50,314 nt of DNA from Mustelus asterias (GCF_964213995.1 NW_027591086.1:62001-112314), one strand, 5' to 3'. Positions 13,201 to 25,135 are shown, counted from the first letter of the stretch. The notes: generated by a model not told the origin, from the letters alone. Translations and numbers: made by a program.

Positions 13201-14869
13201 CCATGATCTGTTTGAATGCTGGCGCAGGATCGATGGGCCAAATGGCCTACACCTGCTCCTATTTTCCTTTGAGATTTAAATACATTGACACACATGCACG
13301 CTGACACACACACACAGAAAGATATACACAGTGTGGACGTATTTATTGACCACTTAATGTGACTGAATGCTACACATCCCAGTTTACCAAAGACACACAA
13401 TATTCAGCAGCATTGTAAACAGCGCAGCTGGAAACATCAAATTGGGGATTTGGTTTGAAAAAGGGTCAAAGCCTCTCTTGCTAAAGGCTGTTTGTCTATA
13501 TTGTGCTGACTGTGATACACTGCCATCCTCTGCTGCCTGCTGGACATTGCTCCAGCCGCAGAGAGAGTGAAGTAGATCAGAAACTCACTGGGAGAGAATG
13601 CAGCTTCACACAGTATCCATCCAAAACGACAGGAGCATCAGCAACACACACAAGCTCCGTGTGGAGACTGAGAGGGGCTCAGTGTGGAACACAAACCTTT
13701 ACACTAAACCTGGAAGGACATTGATAAAGAGTTTAAAACAAAACTTCAGCAAATGTTTTGAAACATTTTGGTCCGTGGAAAAGTGCAGTGTGTAAAAAGC
13801 TGAAGATGTTTCCATTTCACATCTTCCTGCTTTGGGGAAATGGGAGTTATCTTTGCATTTACAAGGATATGGGGAGGGAGGTGTTTGAATGGACATTCAG
13901 CTTTTTTGGTGATTAAAGTGTTAATTTGTTTCCAGAAGCTGTTTACAGTGATTGTCCCGAGAGATTGTATTGTTTCAGTGATGTCGACGTCTCCAATACT
14001 TCAGACAGAGGAAGGAAACAATATACAAAAGGAAAGATTGGGGGAATCACTACATTGAAGGTGTGAGGCCTCATCACTCTCTGTCTGGTTTTGTTCTGAA
14101 ATCTTTACATTTTTAAACACTGAAACCTCTTGCCCTTGTTGGGAATATCACTGCGGTTTGAGAAAAGCAAACACTGATCCCACACTAAACACCCCCCCCA
14201 ACACAGGACTGAGCAGAGAGTGTGAAATGTGACTGGTGTCAGAGTGGATTGTCAAACTGACAGAAGGGATTTGAAAAATCTCTAAATGATTCATTGATTA
14301 AAAACTCTAACATTAATGTCCCGCATCATAAACATCTGCTTCATTATTGTATCTTTCTTTTACAGATCAAGTGATGGGTTGAATTTTGGACGGTGTAGAT
14401 TTCCCTCAGCTGATTATTAAGATTCCTGATTGACACAAATACAATATCTGCTGTCGGTGACTCCAACAGTGAAATTCTCTCAGTTTATCATTCTGAATCT
14501 GTCACTGAGACAATTGTGGGCGGTAGTTCAGTTTTCAGTGTGAAATGTAGAAGGTAACTTTTGTTGTAATGTAATTGTAGTTAATAGTTTTCCTGTAGTT
14601 TAAATCTCAGGTATAAATTAATAACTTTTCTCGTTCCTTGTTCACAATTGTTCATTTCCCGTGATGTTGAGCTCTGGTTTTCTCTTTCTGGTGTCTGGTA
14701 CAGCTGTACAGATATTGGGCAGTTCAGAGCGGGGGGGGTTCTGATCTCATTGTGAAGCTCAAAGGTCAGATTCACTTTTGTTAACTTTAAAATCAATTTT
14801 CCTGTCAAATATTCTCTGAATTTGTAAATAAATATTGAATGGAAAATAAAATCTGACTTTGCCAAACTC

Positions 14870-15520
14870 TCTTTCTGTATTTCTCTGTTGGTGTGTTTAT
14901 GTGTGTGTCTCTCTGTCTCTATCTCTCTGTGTATCTGTGCGTCTCTCTGTGTATCTGTGCGTCTCTCTGTGTCTCTATCTCTCTGTGTATCTGTGTGTCT
15001 CTCTGTTTCTATCTCACTGTGTAACTGTGTGTCTCTCTGTCTCTATCTCTCTGTGTATCTGTGTGTCTCTCTGTGTCTCTATCTCTCTGTGTGTCTGTGT
15101 GTCTCTCTGTTTCTATCTCTCTGTGTATCTGTGTGTCTCTCTGTGTCTCTATCTCTCTGTGTCTCTATCTGTCTGTGTTTCTCTGTCTCTATCTCTCTGT
15201 GTATCTGTGTGTCTCTCTGTGTCTCTATCTCTCTGTGTCTCTATCTCTCTGTGTATCTGTCTCTGTATTTCTCTGTATCTGTGTCTCTCTCTGTATATTT
15301 GTATATTTCACTCTGTCTCTGTGTTTGTGTCTCTCTCTTTGTTTCTCTCTGTCTCTATTTCTCTGTATCTGTGTGTCTCTCTGTCTCTGTACTTCTCTGG
15401 ATCTGTGTCTCTCTCTCTGCCTCTGTGTGTATATCTCTCTATGTATCTGTGTGTGTCTCTCTGTCTCTGCATTTCTCTGTATCTGTCTCTGTCTCTGTGT
15501 TTCTCTGTCTCTGTGTGTCT
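14870..15520. repeat. (TC/TG/TA) compound microsatellite
   Basis: tctctgtgtatctgtgtgtctctctgtgtctctatc units. Confidence 0.95.
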
Positions 15521-15844
15521 CGATGCTAAGGGCCTAGTATTTCAGGCTCTGACCTGAACCCACAATCTCTCTGACTCTGAGCGAAGATTACTACATTGAA
15601 GGTGTGAGGCCTCATCACTTTCTGTCTGGTTTAGTTTTGTAATCTTTACATGTTTAAACACTGAAACCTCGTGCCCTTGTTGAGAATATCACTGCGGTTT
15701 GAGAAAAGCAAACACTGATCCCGCACTAAACACCCCCCCAACACAGGACTGAGCAGAGTGTGTGAAATGTGACTGGTGTGAATGTGGATTGTCTTTTAAA
15801 AGTGGGTAAGAAACACTTCATTTTCAAATCTTTACCCTGCTTCT

Positions 15845-16018
15845 GTAGCGTCTCGGATTCCACCTAATCTGCACATCTTTGGACTGTGGAAGGAAACCGG
15901 GGCACCCGGAGGGAACCCACGCAGACACAGGGAGAATGTGCAAACTCAACTCCCAACCGAGAATTGAACCCGGGTTCCTGGTGCTGTGAGGCAGCAGTGC
16001 TAAACACTGTCCACCATG
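15845..16018 (-). mobile_element. V-SINE fragment
   Basis: gcacatctttggactgtgg..aaaccggggcacccggagggaacccacgcagacac..ctgtgaggcagcagtgctaa. Confidence 0.8.
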
Positions 16019-16028
16019 TAGCCCTATC

Positions 16029-16196
16029 CCATGTATTGGGACACGGTGAAAAGTTTTGTTTCTTGCACGCGACACAGACAAAACATACCGTTCATCGAGT
16101 CCATTCGGGAGAAGGAGAGGAGAGGGTGCAGAATACAGTGTTGCAGTTACCGATAGGGTATAGAGAAAGATCAGCTTAATGTATGGTAGGTCCACT
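16029..16196 (-). mobile_element. Rex1/Babar-like LINE 3'UTR fragment
   Basis: Reverse complement of 19280-19450. Confidence 0.7.
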
Positions 16197-16554
16197 CAAA
16201 AATTAACATTCTGACCAAACACTAAAGCTTTCCACAAAACAAGGCTCACAAATTCAACACCACTTTCCTTTGTCCGCTCTCCCATCATGCTGTGCGCGGA
16301 GGCTCTGATCGATGCTAAGGGCCTAGTATTTGAGGCTCTGAGCTGAACCCACAATCTGTCTGATTCTGAGGGAAGATTACTGCCACTCAGATACAGCTGG
16401 CTGCAATATCCCCTTGAAATATATCTGTTGTGTACAGAGCCACATGTTTTTTTTTCCCTGTGTCTGCTGTCCTCAAAGAACTATTGAATAATCTAAACAT
16501 CCGCATTAATTATCACAGAACAAGGCCAACATGGGGGAATCGAGTATCAGGTTT

Positions 16555-16852
16555 AAAAGTTTATTTATTAGTGTCACAAGTAGGGTTACATTAACACTGC
16601 AATGAAGTTACTGTGGAAAATCCGTAGTCGCCATGCTCTGGCGCCTGTTTGGGCAACTTGGGGAGAATTTAGCATGGCTGATACACCTAACCAGCGCGTC
16701 GTTCGAACTGTGGGAGGAAACCGCAGCACCCGGTGGAAACCCACGCAGACACGGGGAGAATGTACAAACTCCACACTGACAGTGACCCAAGCCAGGAATC
16801 AAACCCGGGTCCCTGGCGCTGTGAGGCAGCAGCGTTAACCACTGTGCCGCCC
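16555..16852 (-). mobile_element. V-SINE (alternative tail)
   Basis: tttattagtgtcacaagtagg.ttacattaacactgcaatgaagttactgtg ... ggtccctggcgctgtgaggcagcag. Confidence 0.9.
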
Positions 16853-16964
16853 CTCATCGAAACATTGTGCAGTTGTGGAATGCACAGGATAGGAGGGATG
16901 TGATAGCACTGGAAAAGGTGCAGAGGAGATTCACCAGGATGTTGCCTGGCCTGGAGAGTTTTAG

Positions 16965-17260
16965 TTCATAGAATCATAGAATCCCTACAGTCCAGAATGA
17001 GGCCATTCGACCCATCAAATCTGCACGGACTCTTACCCAAGCTTACCCCGTAACCCCACGTATTTTCCCGCTAATCCCCCTAACCTATACATCGCGGGAC
17101 CCTCAGGGCAATTTTGCATGGACAATGCACCCGGAGGAAACCCACGCAGACACGGGGAGAATGTGCAAACTCCACACAGACAGTAACCCGAGGCCGGAAT
17201 TGAACCCGGGTCCCTGGCGCTGTGAGGCAGCAGTGCTAACCACTGTGCTACCGTGCCGCC
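16965..17260 (-). mobile_element. HE1-like V-SINE with CR1-derived tail
   Basis: atcatagaatccctacag ... cccggaggaaacccacgcagacacggggagaatgtgcaaactccacacagacagt ... ctaaccactgtgctaccgtgccgcc. Confidence 0.9.
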
Positions 17261-17424
17261 ACTCGAACTGAAGAGAGATTTTATAGACTGAGGGTGTGAT
17301 CTTACCACCTGTTGATGCCACACTCCCGCTCAGCGAGGTCGGAGAATCTGGTGACCAGCCAAATCTCCTTTCACTGCAGTGGGATGGGAAAATCCTGCCG
17401 GCCTGAACGGTGATAAGATTCCAC

Positions 17425-17800
17425 CCTGGGGTTGTTTTCCGTGGAGCAGAGGAGGCTGAGGGGGAACATGATGGAGATGGATAAGATTATGAGGGACATC
17501 GATAGAGTAGACGGGAAGAAAGCTTTCCCCTTGGTGGTGGGATCAATGACCAGGGGGTATAGATTTAGGGTAAGGGGCAGGAGGTTTACAGGGGATGTGA
17601 GGAAAACCTTTTTCACCCAGAGGGTGGTGGGAGTCTGGAACTCTCTGCCTGAAAGGGTGGTGGAGGCAGAGACCCTCAGAACGTTTAAGAAGTGCTTAGC
17701 TATGCATTTGCAATGCCAAGGCTTACCAGGCCGTGAGCCAAGTTGGGTGGTTTGTTTTTGACCGGCACAGATGCAATGGGCCGAAGGGCCTTTTCTGTTC
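17425..17800 (+). mobile_element. CR1-family LINE 3' fragment
   Basis: ORF 17432..17761 reads FSVEQRRLRG..FFTQRVVGVWNSLPERVVEA. Confidence 0.85.
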
Positions 17801-18469
17801 TCTGGACCTCCATTGCTAAAACACAACCTCACTGACCCAGCTTCTGGTCATCCATCCAAATCTCTCCCTCCGCAGCTCGGGGACAAATCCTGCCGCGCAA
17901 TCTTCCTTTGAAGTGCCTTTGGACATTTCATTCTCCGTGATGACTTGTCCGGATAGTGGCTGCTGTTGTTGTGTTTGTCTCAGTGTCAGCTCAGAAACAT
18001 GGACAACATGTTAGAAATGGCCGTCTCCCAGTGAGTGTGAGGACAGGGCAGGCTTTGAGCGAGGCCTGGGCCGCTCCCTGAAGGACACAGGGCCACCATT
18101 GTGCTTTTTGCTGACAAACAGAAAGCTTTCACCCCTCTCTCTCTCTCTCTCTCTCGTGTCTCATCTCACTCACATTCTGCCCCTTCCATTCACTCTGTGC
18201 TGCTTTCTGGAGGAGGCTGCCAGCTTTATCCGCCACAGAGCATCTGCCAACAAGAACATCAGATGAAACCTTCCATTCCCCAAGTCCCTCTTTCCTCTCT
18301 GCTCCTCGCTGTCTTTCCGGAGGAAATGGGATGGGAAGCTGATGGGAAAAGATTTGCAGGGCTCCAGGGACAAGGTGGAGCAGTGGGACTGGCTCGATTG
18401 CTCTAGCAGAGAGTCGACACCAGCTGAATGGGCTGAATGGCCTCCTTCATTCTGTGGCTATTCTATGGT

Positions 18470-18810
18470 TGACACACAATAGATAGTCAATATATTTTCC
18501 CAAAGGTAGGGGAGTCTAAAACTCGAGGGCATGGGTTTAAGGTGAGAGGGGAGAGATACAAAAGTGTCCAGAGGGGCAATCTTTTCACACAGAGAGCGAT
18601 GAGCGTCTGGAACAAGCTGCCAGAGGTAGTAGTAGAGACGGACACAATTTTATCTTTTAAAAAGCATTTAGACAGTTACATGGGTAAGATAGATGTAGAG
18701 GGATATGGGCCAAATGTGGGGAATTGGGACCAGCTTAGGGGTTAAAAGAAAAAGGGCAGCATGACAAGTTGGGCCAAAGGGCCTGTTTCCATGCTGTAAA
18801 CATCTATGAC
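18470..18810 (+). mobile_element. CR1-family LINE 3' fragment
   Basis: RGERYKSVQRGNLFTQRAMSVWNKLPEVVVE..FKKHLD. Confidence 0.8.
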
Positions 18811-18837
18811 ACTGTGACAACTTGTCATTTGGGTCTC

Positions 18838-19476
18838 AACTTCAAGTTTCTAGGTGTCCAGATCACCAACAACCTGTCCTGGTCCCCCCATGCCGACACT
18901 ATAATTGAGAAAGCCCACCAACACGTCTACTTTCTCAGGAGGCTGAGGAAATTTGGCATGTCAGCTACGACTCTCACCAACTTCTACAGATGCACCATAG
19001 AAAGCATCCTTTCTGTATCACGGCTTGGTATGGTTTCTGCTCTGTCCAAGACTGCAAGAAATTACAAAAGGTCGTGAATGTAGCCCCGTCCATCACGCAG
19101 ACTAGCCTCCCATTCATTGACTCTGTCGACACTTCCCGCGGCCTTAGAAAAGCAGCCAGCATAATTAAGGACCTCATGCACACATTCTCTCTTCCACCTT
19201 CTTCCATCAGGAAAAAGATACAAAGTCTGAGATCACGTACCAACCGACACAAGAACTTCCCTGCTGCCCTCAGACTTTTGAATGGACCTGCTACATATTA
19301 GATTTATCTTTCTCTACACCCTACCTATGACTGCAACACTACATTCTGCACCCTCTCTTTTACTTCTCCCCGATGTACTCTATGAACGGTATGTTTTGTC
19401 TGTACAGCATACAAGAAACAATACTTTTCACTGTATCCCAATACATGCGACAGTAATAAATCAAATCAAATCAAAA
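18838..19476 (+). mobile_element. Rex1/Babar-type LINE, 5'-truncated and frameshifted
   Basis: FKFLGVQITNNLSWSPHADTII.KAHQH.YFLRRLRKFGMS..TLTNFYRCTIESILS, then CITAWYG.CS; ends in aataaa(tcaaa)n. Confidence 0.8.
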
Positions 19477-19701
19477 TCCTCCCAATTCTTTCCTCCACGA
19501 TAGGTCGCAGCATTTAAAGAACACGCCCAGGGCCCAGTGCTGAGTCTGAGGGTATCTGACTACAGTAAGGTGAGTGATACAGGAGGGTCTCACTGTCTGA
19601 GGGAGGTGAGTCTTAGCCGGGGGGGGGGGGGGGCGTGAGTGACCCAGGTTAATCTGACACTCCAGGGACAGTTGGAATGGAGCTTTCCCCCGGGCTGTCC
19701 C

Positions 19702-19905
19702 CTCCCCGTGTCTGCGTGGGTTTCCTCCGGGTGCTCCGGTTTCCTCCCACAGTCTGAAAGATGTGCTGGTTAGGGTGCATTGGCCGTGCTAAATTCCCCC
19801 TCAGTGTAACCCGAACAGGCGCCGGAATGTGGTGACTAGGGGATTCTCACAGTAACTTCATTGTAGTGTTAATGTAAGCCTACTTCTGAGACTAATAAAT
19901 AAACT
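19702..19905 (+). mobile_element. V-SINE 3' part (alternative tail)
   Basis: ctccccgtgtctgcgtgggtttcctccgggtgctccgg ... gttaatgtaagcctacttctgagactaataaata. Confidence 0.85.
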
Positions 19906-19980
19906 GAAACTGAAGGTCAAGGTGCTGCTGTGACAATGCACTCTTGTTTAAACACTCTGCAATGCTGAGACTGGGAGAAG

Positions 19981-19999
19981 TGACCACCAGGGGGCAGCA
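19981..19999 (+). promoter_or_regulatory. CTCF-binding motif (candidate locus boundary)
   Basis: tgaccaccagggggcagca matches the CCASYAGRKGGCRS core. Confidence 0.7.
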
Positions 20000-20084
20000 T
20001 TGCAGCTTCTGTCCCCCTATTGAAACTGGGATTGTTGCTCCATCTGCTGCACAATCCCAACCCCATCCACTGGGGGCAATCTGG

Positions 20085-20450
20085 ACAATGGCTGCAGACA
20101 GACCTCACTGCGCACGCGCCGCAATGACACCCACCGCCGGCGGCCATCTTGCGTTGCCAAGGGAGACGGCCAGCGGCCATATTCCGTTGCCAAGGGAGAC
20201 GGCGGCGGCGACCATCTTGCGTTGCCAGGGGAGACGGCATCAATGCGGCGGCGTCCGCGCGCGCTGACCTCTGGGAGCATTCCCGTCCCGCACATGCGCA
20301 CAGATAGCCCCGCCCCCTCGACTGACCCCCCCCCAGTTGTCCCGCCAACGAGCATGGGGCCGGGCCGGAGTGGGCAAGAGGTGACACTGGGGAGGAGCAG
20401 CCCCCCCCTGGGAGCGTTACAGCGACGCCTGGTGGCCAGGAAGGGCAATA
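20085..20450. promoter_or_regulatory. CpG island / promoter-like element with three RFX X-box-like + YY1-like units, NRF1-like motifs and a GC box
   Basis: CpG-dense; gttgccaRgggagac at 20153, 20186 and 20221, each preceded by ccatcttg/ccatattc; tgcgcacgcgc ~20109; gcacatgcgca ~20290; ccccgcccc ~20308. Confidence 0.65.
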
Positions 20451-21444
20451 GCAGCAGCACAGTCTCTGCCCAAAGGCTTCCCCAGTTCAGCTGCTCAGAG
20501 ACACTGGGAATGTCTTCAAGTGGAAACTTCAGCTTCTCACATTCACCCCCTGTGTTCAGTCATTGTTTCCTAGACAAAGCAGTGAAGAACATTGGGAGAA
20601 CATGCTTCCAGCTTAAGAATTCCACAAAATCAGCAGAATTGTAAAATTATGTCAACTCTTGTACTCTGATGTGAAGAAGTAATTTTATATCATGGGCAGT
20701 CCTCATTTATTGGGAGACTAAGAGGCGTTACCCAATGACAGGATTGGCTTGTTTCTCAGTGTTGTCAAGAATTGGCCACCGAACAATATTGGTTGTAGCC
20801 CAATAACTTTACCTGCTCCTGCCTGTCTTTCTCTGCGCCTCTGGGTCTCTGTTCACCTCGGTGTCCATCCTGCACTCTCAATATTTTGGCGGCTAATGTC
20901 TGTCTCCTCTCTCTGTGTCTCAAAGCCCCTCTCTCCCTCAACCGTTTTCCAGCAACGTGCAGAATTTAGAACATGCAATTTCTCCCAGTCTCCTATTTCA
21001 ATAAATTCCCCAAGTCCCATTAGGGGACAGCTGATATGTTAGCCAAAATATCATCATGACAACTCTGAGGAAAGTTTAAAATTGAAGCAGGTGCACTGCA
21101 ATCCGACAATCTGTCAGATAAATGTGAGGTTGGACTCAAATTTACATCCTTTCGATGTGTGGAGAGAACTTTAATAAGAGATCGAATCTTAGCAGTATTG
21201 CTGTGGTTTCAAATGTTGTAACACGAATATAGTTTAACAGAAAGGCCTGGAACATTCAAAACAGATAAAGCAATTAATTGATGAGGATTCAGACTGAAGT
21301 TCGTATTAGTTCCGTGCATGAGTCCACCTGAATTTAAGTATATTATAATAAGAATCATGAGAACAAGAAAAAATACAGCAGCAAAATCCTGCAACAAGAT
21401 CTTCCAGTAATCTGAGAATTCACTGATCTCCCATTTACCTCACA

Positions 21445-21463
21445 TCACCACCAGAGGGCGATC
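21445..21463 (+). promoter_or_regulatory. CTCF-binding motif
   Basis: tcaccaccagagggcgatc; paralogue at 49400. Confidence 0.6.
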
Positions 21464-21534
21464 CCTCACCGTGTTTTTGTGTTCACTGTTTCAGGAGCAG
21501 GTTCCATAACACATGGATATGTTGGGGAGCCATA

Positions 21535-21760
21535 ATCCAAGAGAACAGGATGAATTATTCAATTACACGGTTAAAGGATAGAGAGCAGTAATGCAGGAGA
21601 ACTCTGCTTTAATTGTTGGAATACACAATGATATGTAGCAGAGCAGAAATATAAGAGAACTGCATTGCTTGTTGGAATACACAGTGATATGTCACAGAGC
21701 AGTAATCAAGGAGAACTGCATTAATTGTTAGAATACACTGTAATATTTACAGAGCAGATA
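21535..21760. repeat. Degenerate 56-bp tandem repeat (~4 copies), same family as 49.5-50.0 kb
   Basis: ttaattgttggaatacacagtgatatgtcacagagcagtaatcaaggagaactgca-like units. Confidence 0.8.
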
Positions 21761-21764
21761 TGGA

Positions 21765-22390
21765 TGCTAAATTTGCAGACAACACAAAGATAGGTAGGAA
21801 GATAAATGGTGAAGTAAATGTGAAGATACGATAAAGAAACATAAATAGGTTAAGTGAATTGGCAAAGCTCCGCCAAATTGAGTATAATGTGGTCAAATGT
21901 GAAAATGTCCATATTGGCAGGATGAATATAAAATACACTTAATATTTAAACGGTGAAAGATTACAAAATTCTGAGGTACAGAGAGATTGGGCTGTCCTAG
22001 GGCACGAATCGAAAGGGGCTAAGGTACAGGTATAGTAATTAATTAAAAACGTCATAAAATATGATCATTCACTACGAGGGGATCTATTATAAAATAGGAA
22101 GGGTATGTTTCCGTTGTACGGGGCATTGGTGAGACCACCACCTGGAGTATTGCGGACAATACGTATCTCCTTATCTAAAGAAAGATGGTAATGCGTTAAA
22201 AAACGTTCAGAGAAGGTTTGCTGTAATAGTATCCAGGTACGTGCGGGTTATCTGTATCCGCGGTAAGAATATTGATGTTGGGTTTGTATCCACTTGAGTT
22301 TCGAAGACTGAGAGATAACTTCATTGAAACCTTTAAAACCATAAGGGGTATTAACGGTGTGGATGTGGAGCGGCTATTCCCTCGTGTCCG
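21765..22390 (+). mobile_element. Old CR1-family LINE fragment
   Basis: aaatttgcagacaacacaaagatagg (KFADNTKIG); GLYPLEFRRLRDNFIETFK. Confidence 0.75.
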
Positions 22391-22704
22391 TGTTGTAGCT
22401 GTACTGGGTATTTCTGGGTCTTTATATTTCTCGGCGTGTGTATATCTGGGCTCTTGTTTCTGCGTCTGTTCCCAATGCGGTTGTAATGTCCACGGGAGGG
22501 CGCTCTCTGATCACTTACCGAACATCACAGTTGCCTTCTGCAGAGAGTGACTATTTGCAGATATAAAAATGGGCGGGGGAAATAAACCCCAGCCAATCGC
22601 ACCACACCTTGTTGACTCTTTCAACTTCTCACATTCCAGGTCCGGTACAGACAGAGATCATTGTTTCCGTTTCTGGAGCTCAGACTGGAACGCTGGGGGT
22701 GAAA

Positions 22705-23175
22705 ATGTTCCTGATTCTAGTTATTGCACTGATCCCAGGTCAGTGATTCTGGTCACAGATTGTAAAGTATATCGCAAACCTTGTGCAATTTCCCTTTCCC
22801 AGCGCTGTGTGACTATCGTCTTCCTCTGACTCCTAACCCGCTGTGCGTCCGCTGTTTATTTTCAGAGATGAGCAATGGAGACTCAGTGTTCCAGTCAGAA
22901 CCAGGAGTTGAAGCAGCAGAGGGTGAAGATTCAGCAATACCCTGCAGTTACTCTGTGCCGAGTTCAGCTCTACAACATGACCTGTTCTGGTATCGCCAGT
23001 ATCCACACCGAGCTCCTCAGTATCTGCTCAGAGCCGATAGTTATGGGTTTACCGATACGGCTCCCGGCTTTGGACACTTCAGCGGGAATCTCAACCAGAC
23101 ACAAAGCACTTTTCACTTGTCCATGAAAGATTTGAAGATGAGAGACAGCGCCGTGTATTACTGTGCGCTGAGACC
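22705..23175 (+). CDS. TRAV/DV: TCR alpha/delta V segment V1 (leader 22705-22738, V exon 22866-23175), open
   Basis: Leader MFLILVIALIP-g|gtcagt; ttcag| EMSNGDSVFQ..IPCSYS..LFWYRQYPHRAPQYLL..DSAVYYCALR followed directly by an RSS; upstream GC box and CCAAT at 22570-22600. Confidence 0.93.
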
Positions 23176-23214
23176 CACAGTGAGTGAGGCTCCCGCGGGC
23201 CTCAGACAAAAAGT
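23176..23214 (+). other. 23-RSS of V1
   Basis: cacagtg + 23 nt + acaaaaagt. Confidence 0.95.
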
Positions 23215-23599
23215 GACGCAGACGTTTCAGGGTCAGAGAAAAAGAGTCGGATCTCAACGAAAATGCGCAGAAAATGAAGGCCACAATACAGCCCCAGCTG
23301 AATAATATTCCCCCACTGAGCTCAGCCATTGTCAGTGTTGTGAAATGTCACATTTGCCGTCCTATTATTCCCGGATCAAATCCAACCATTCTCCGACCCC
23401 ATCCGCACAAAATCTGCAGATTATCCCGGGTGAATAACTTCCTTAATCTGTACTTAGAAAGATTCTGGATTCGGTGCCTATCTGCCCGGCCACACATTTT
23501 AAAAGTGATCTATTGTCAAATGCAGCCTCAGAATTGGCCCATTTTCAAGTCCGTGGAGCAGAAATAATAACTGATTGAAATCAGAGCTTTTCTATTTGG

Positions 23600-24070
23600 G
23601 GAATAGAGGGGTACAGTGAAGATTTACCAGGCTGATTCCTGGGATGGCAGGTCTGTCACATGAGGAGATACTAAATCCGTTAGGATTATATTCACTGGGG
23701 TTTCGATCAGTGTGAGGGGATCTCATAGAAACTTATAAAATTCTAACAGGGTTAGACAGGGTGGATTCAGGAGACTGTTCCCAATGCTGGAATCCAGAAC
23801 TAGGCGTCATCTTTTGAAGATAAGGGATAAACTGAGGTGAAGGGAAATCCCTTCATCCAGAGAGTGTTGAATGCATGAAATTCAGTTCCACCGAATGTAG
23901 TTGAGGCCAAAACGTTGTCTGATTTCAAGAAGAAATTTGATATAGCTCTTGGGGCTAAAGGGGTCGAGGGATATGGGCGAGGGGGAAGGGGGATCAGGAT
24001 ATTGAATTCCATGATCAGCTATGATTACGATGATTGGCGGAGAAGGCTCCTGCTTCTAGTTTCTATGTTA
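23600..24070 (+). mobile_element. CR1-family LINE 3' fragment
   Basis: gaagatttaccaggctgattcctgggatgg..ttaggattatattcactgg..gatttcaagaagaaattt. Confidence 0.75.
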
Positions 24071-24161
24071 TGAGTCCGTGAAATATTTCCTGGTGCAGAG
24101 TTGAGTGACGACTTATCCCCGGTACACTTACAGCACTAACTATTAATTATGTTGAGTCATG

Positions 24162-24451
24162 GCCATTAGGCTCAACGAGCCTGTCCCGACAACAATCCCA
24201 CCCAGGCCCTATCCCCGTAACCCACATATTTAACCTGCTATCCCCTGACACTTAGGGTAATCTTGCGTGGCCAATCCAGCAAACCTGCACAGTTTAGGAC
24301 TGTGGAAGGAAACTGGAGCACCTGAGGAAACCCACGCAGACACGGGGAGAAAGTGCAAACTCCACAGAGGCAGTGACCCGAGGCTGGAATCGAACCCCTG
24401 TCCCTGGGGCTGTGAGGCAGCAATGCTAACCACTGCGCCACCGTGTCACCC
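24162..24451 (-). mobile_element. HE1-like V-SINE
   Basis: Reverse-complement tRNA head and V core (aaacccacgcagacacggggaga). Confidence 0.85.
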
Positions 24452-24700
24452 ATAAATGGTTAAATTAGTTTCACTTTTCACCTGAATTAGAAAAAAAGGA
24501 TCTGCCTTCAGAAAGATTGATGGACTGAGTTCTGAGGAAAGCGAGTTCACCTGTTAATGAGACAGAATAACTGGTTATGTGGGAGAGAGCAGAGACAGAA
24601 CAAGGAACTTAGAAATACGTTTACGGCCAGGGAAGGAATGTGATTGGAAAGTGCCAGCTATATTAAATCATTAACTAACAGTGATTGCTTCACTGGTTAC

Positions 24701-25022
24701 GGGGCGGCATGATGCCACAATGGTTAGCGCTGCTGTCTCACAGTGTCAGGGACCCGGGTTCAATTCCGGCTTCGGATCACTTTCTGTATGAAGTTTGCAT
24801 GTTCTCCCCGTGTCTACGTGGGTCCCCTTCGGCTGCTGCTGATTCCTCCCACAGTCCAAAGATGTGCAGGTTGGGTTGATTGGCCATGCGAAATTGACCC
24901 GAGTCTCAGGGGATACGCAGGGTAAATACACGGAGTTGCGGGAGTGGGGCCTGGGTGGGATTGTGACCGGTACAGACTCGATGGGGCGAATGGCCTCCTT
25001 CTGCACTGTAGGGATTTTATGA
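24701..25022 (+). mobile_element. HE1-like V-SINE with CR1-derived tail, ending just before the V2 promoter
   Basis: ggggcggcatgatgccacaatggttagcgctgctg ... cagactcgatggggcgaatggcctccttctgcactgtagggattttatgatt. Confidence 0.9.
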
Positions 25023-25030
25023 TTCGCAGC

Positions 25031-25135
25031 TGACGTCAGCTCAGGGAGATGAGCCAATCGCAGCACTGAGAAACGCCTCCCAGTTTCCTAATAATAGAAG
25101 CTGCCTCTGATCTGAGTTGACTCTGTGATATAAGA
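25031..25135 (+). promoter_or_regulatory. V2 promoter: CRE, CCAAT, TATA-like
   Basis: tgacgtca 25031-25038, ccaat 25054-25058, tataa 25129-25133; CRE-type elements are typical of TCR V promoters. Confidence 0.7.

Noticed and set aside
14087-14125. tggttttgt-23-cactgaa as a reverse RSS
   Set aside because: Lacks the essential terminal gtg; no D/J coding sequence adjacent
19917-20644. GC-rich ORFs over the CpG island
   Set aside because: Expected from stop-poor GC-rich repeats; no homology recognised
22553-22560. atttgcag as an Ig-type octamer in the V1 promoter
   Set aside because: Only a 7/8 match in a single promoter; could be chance
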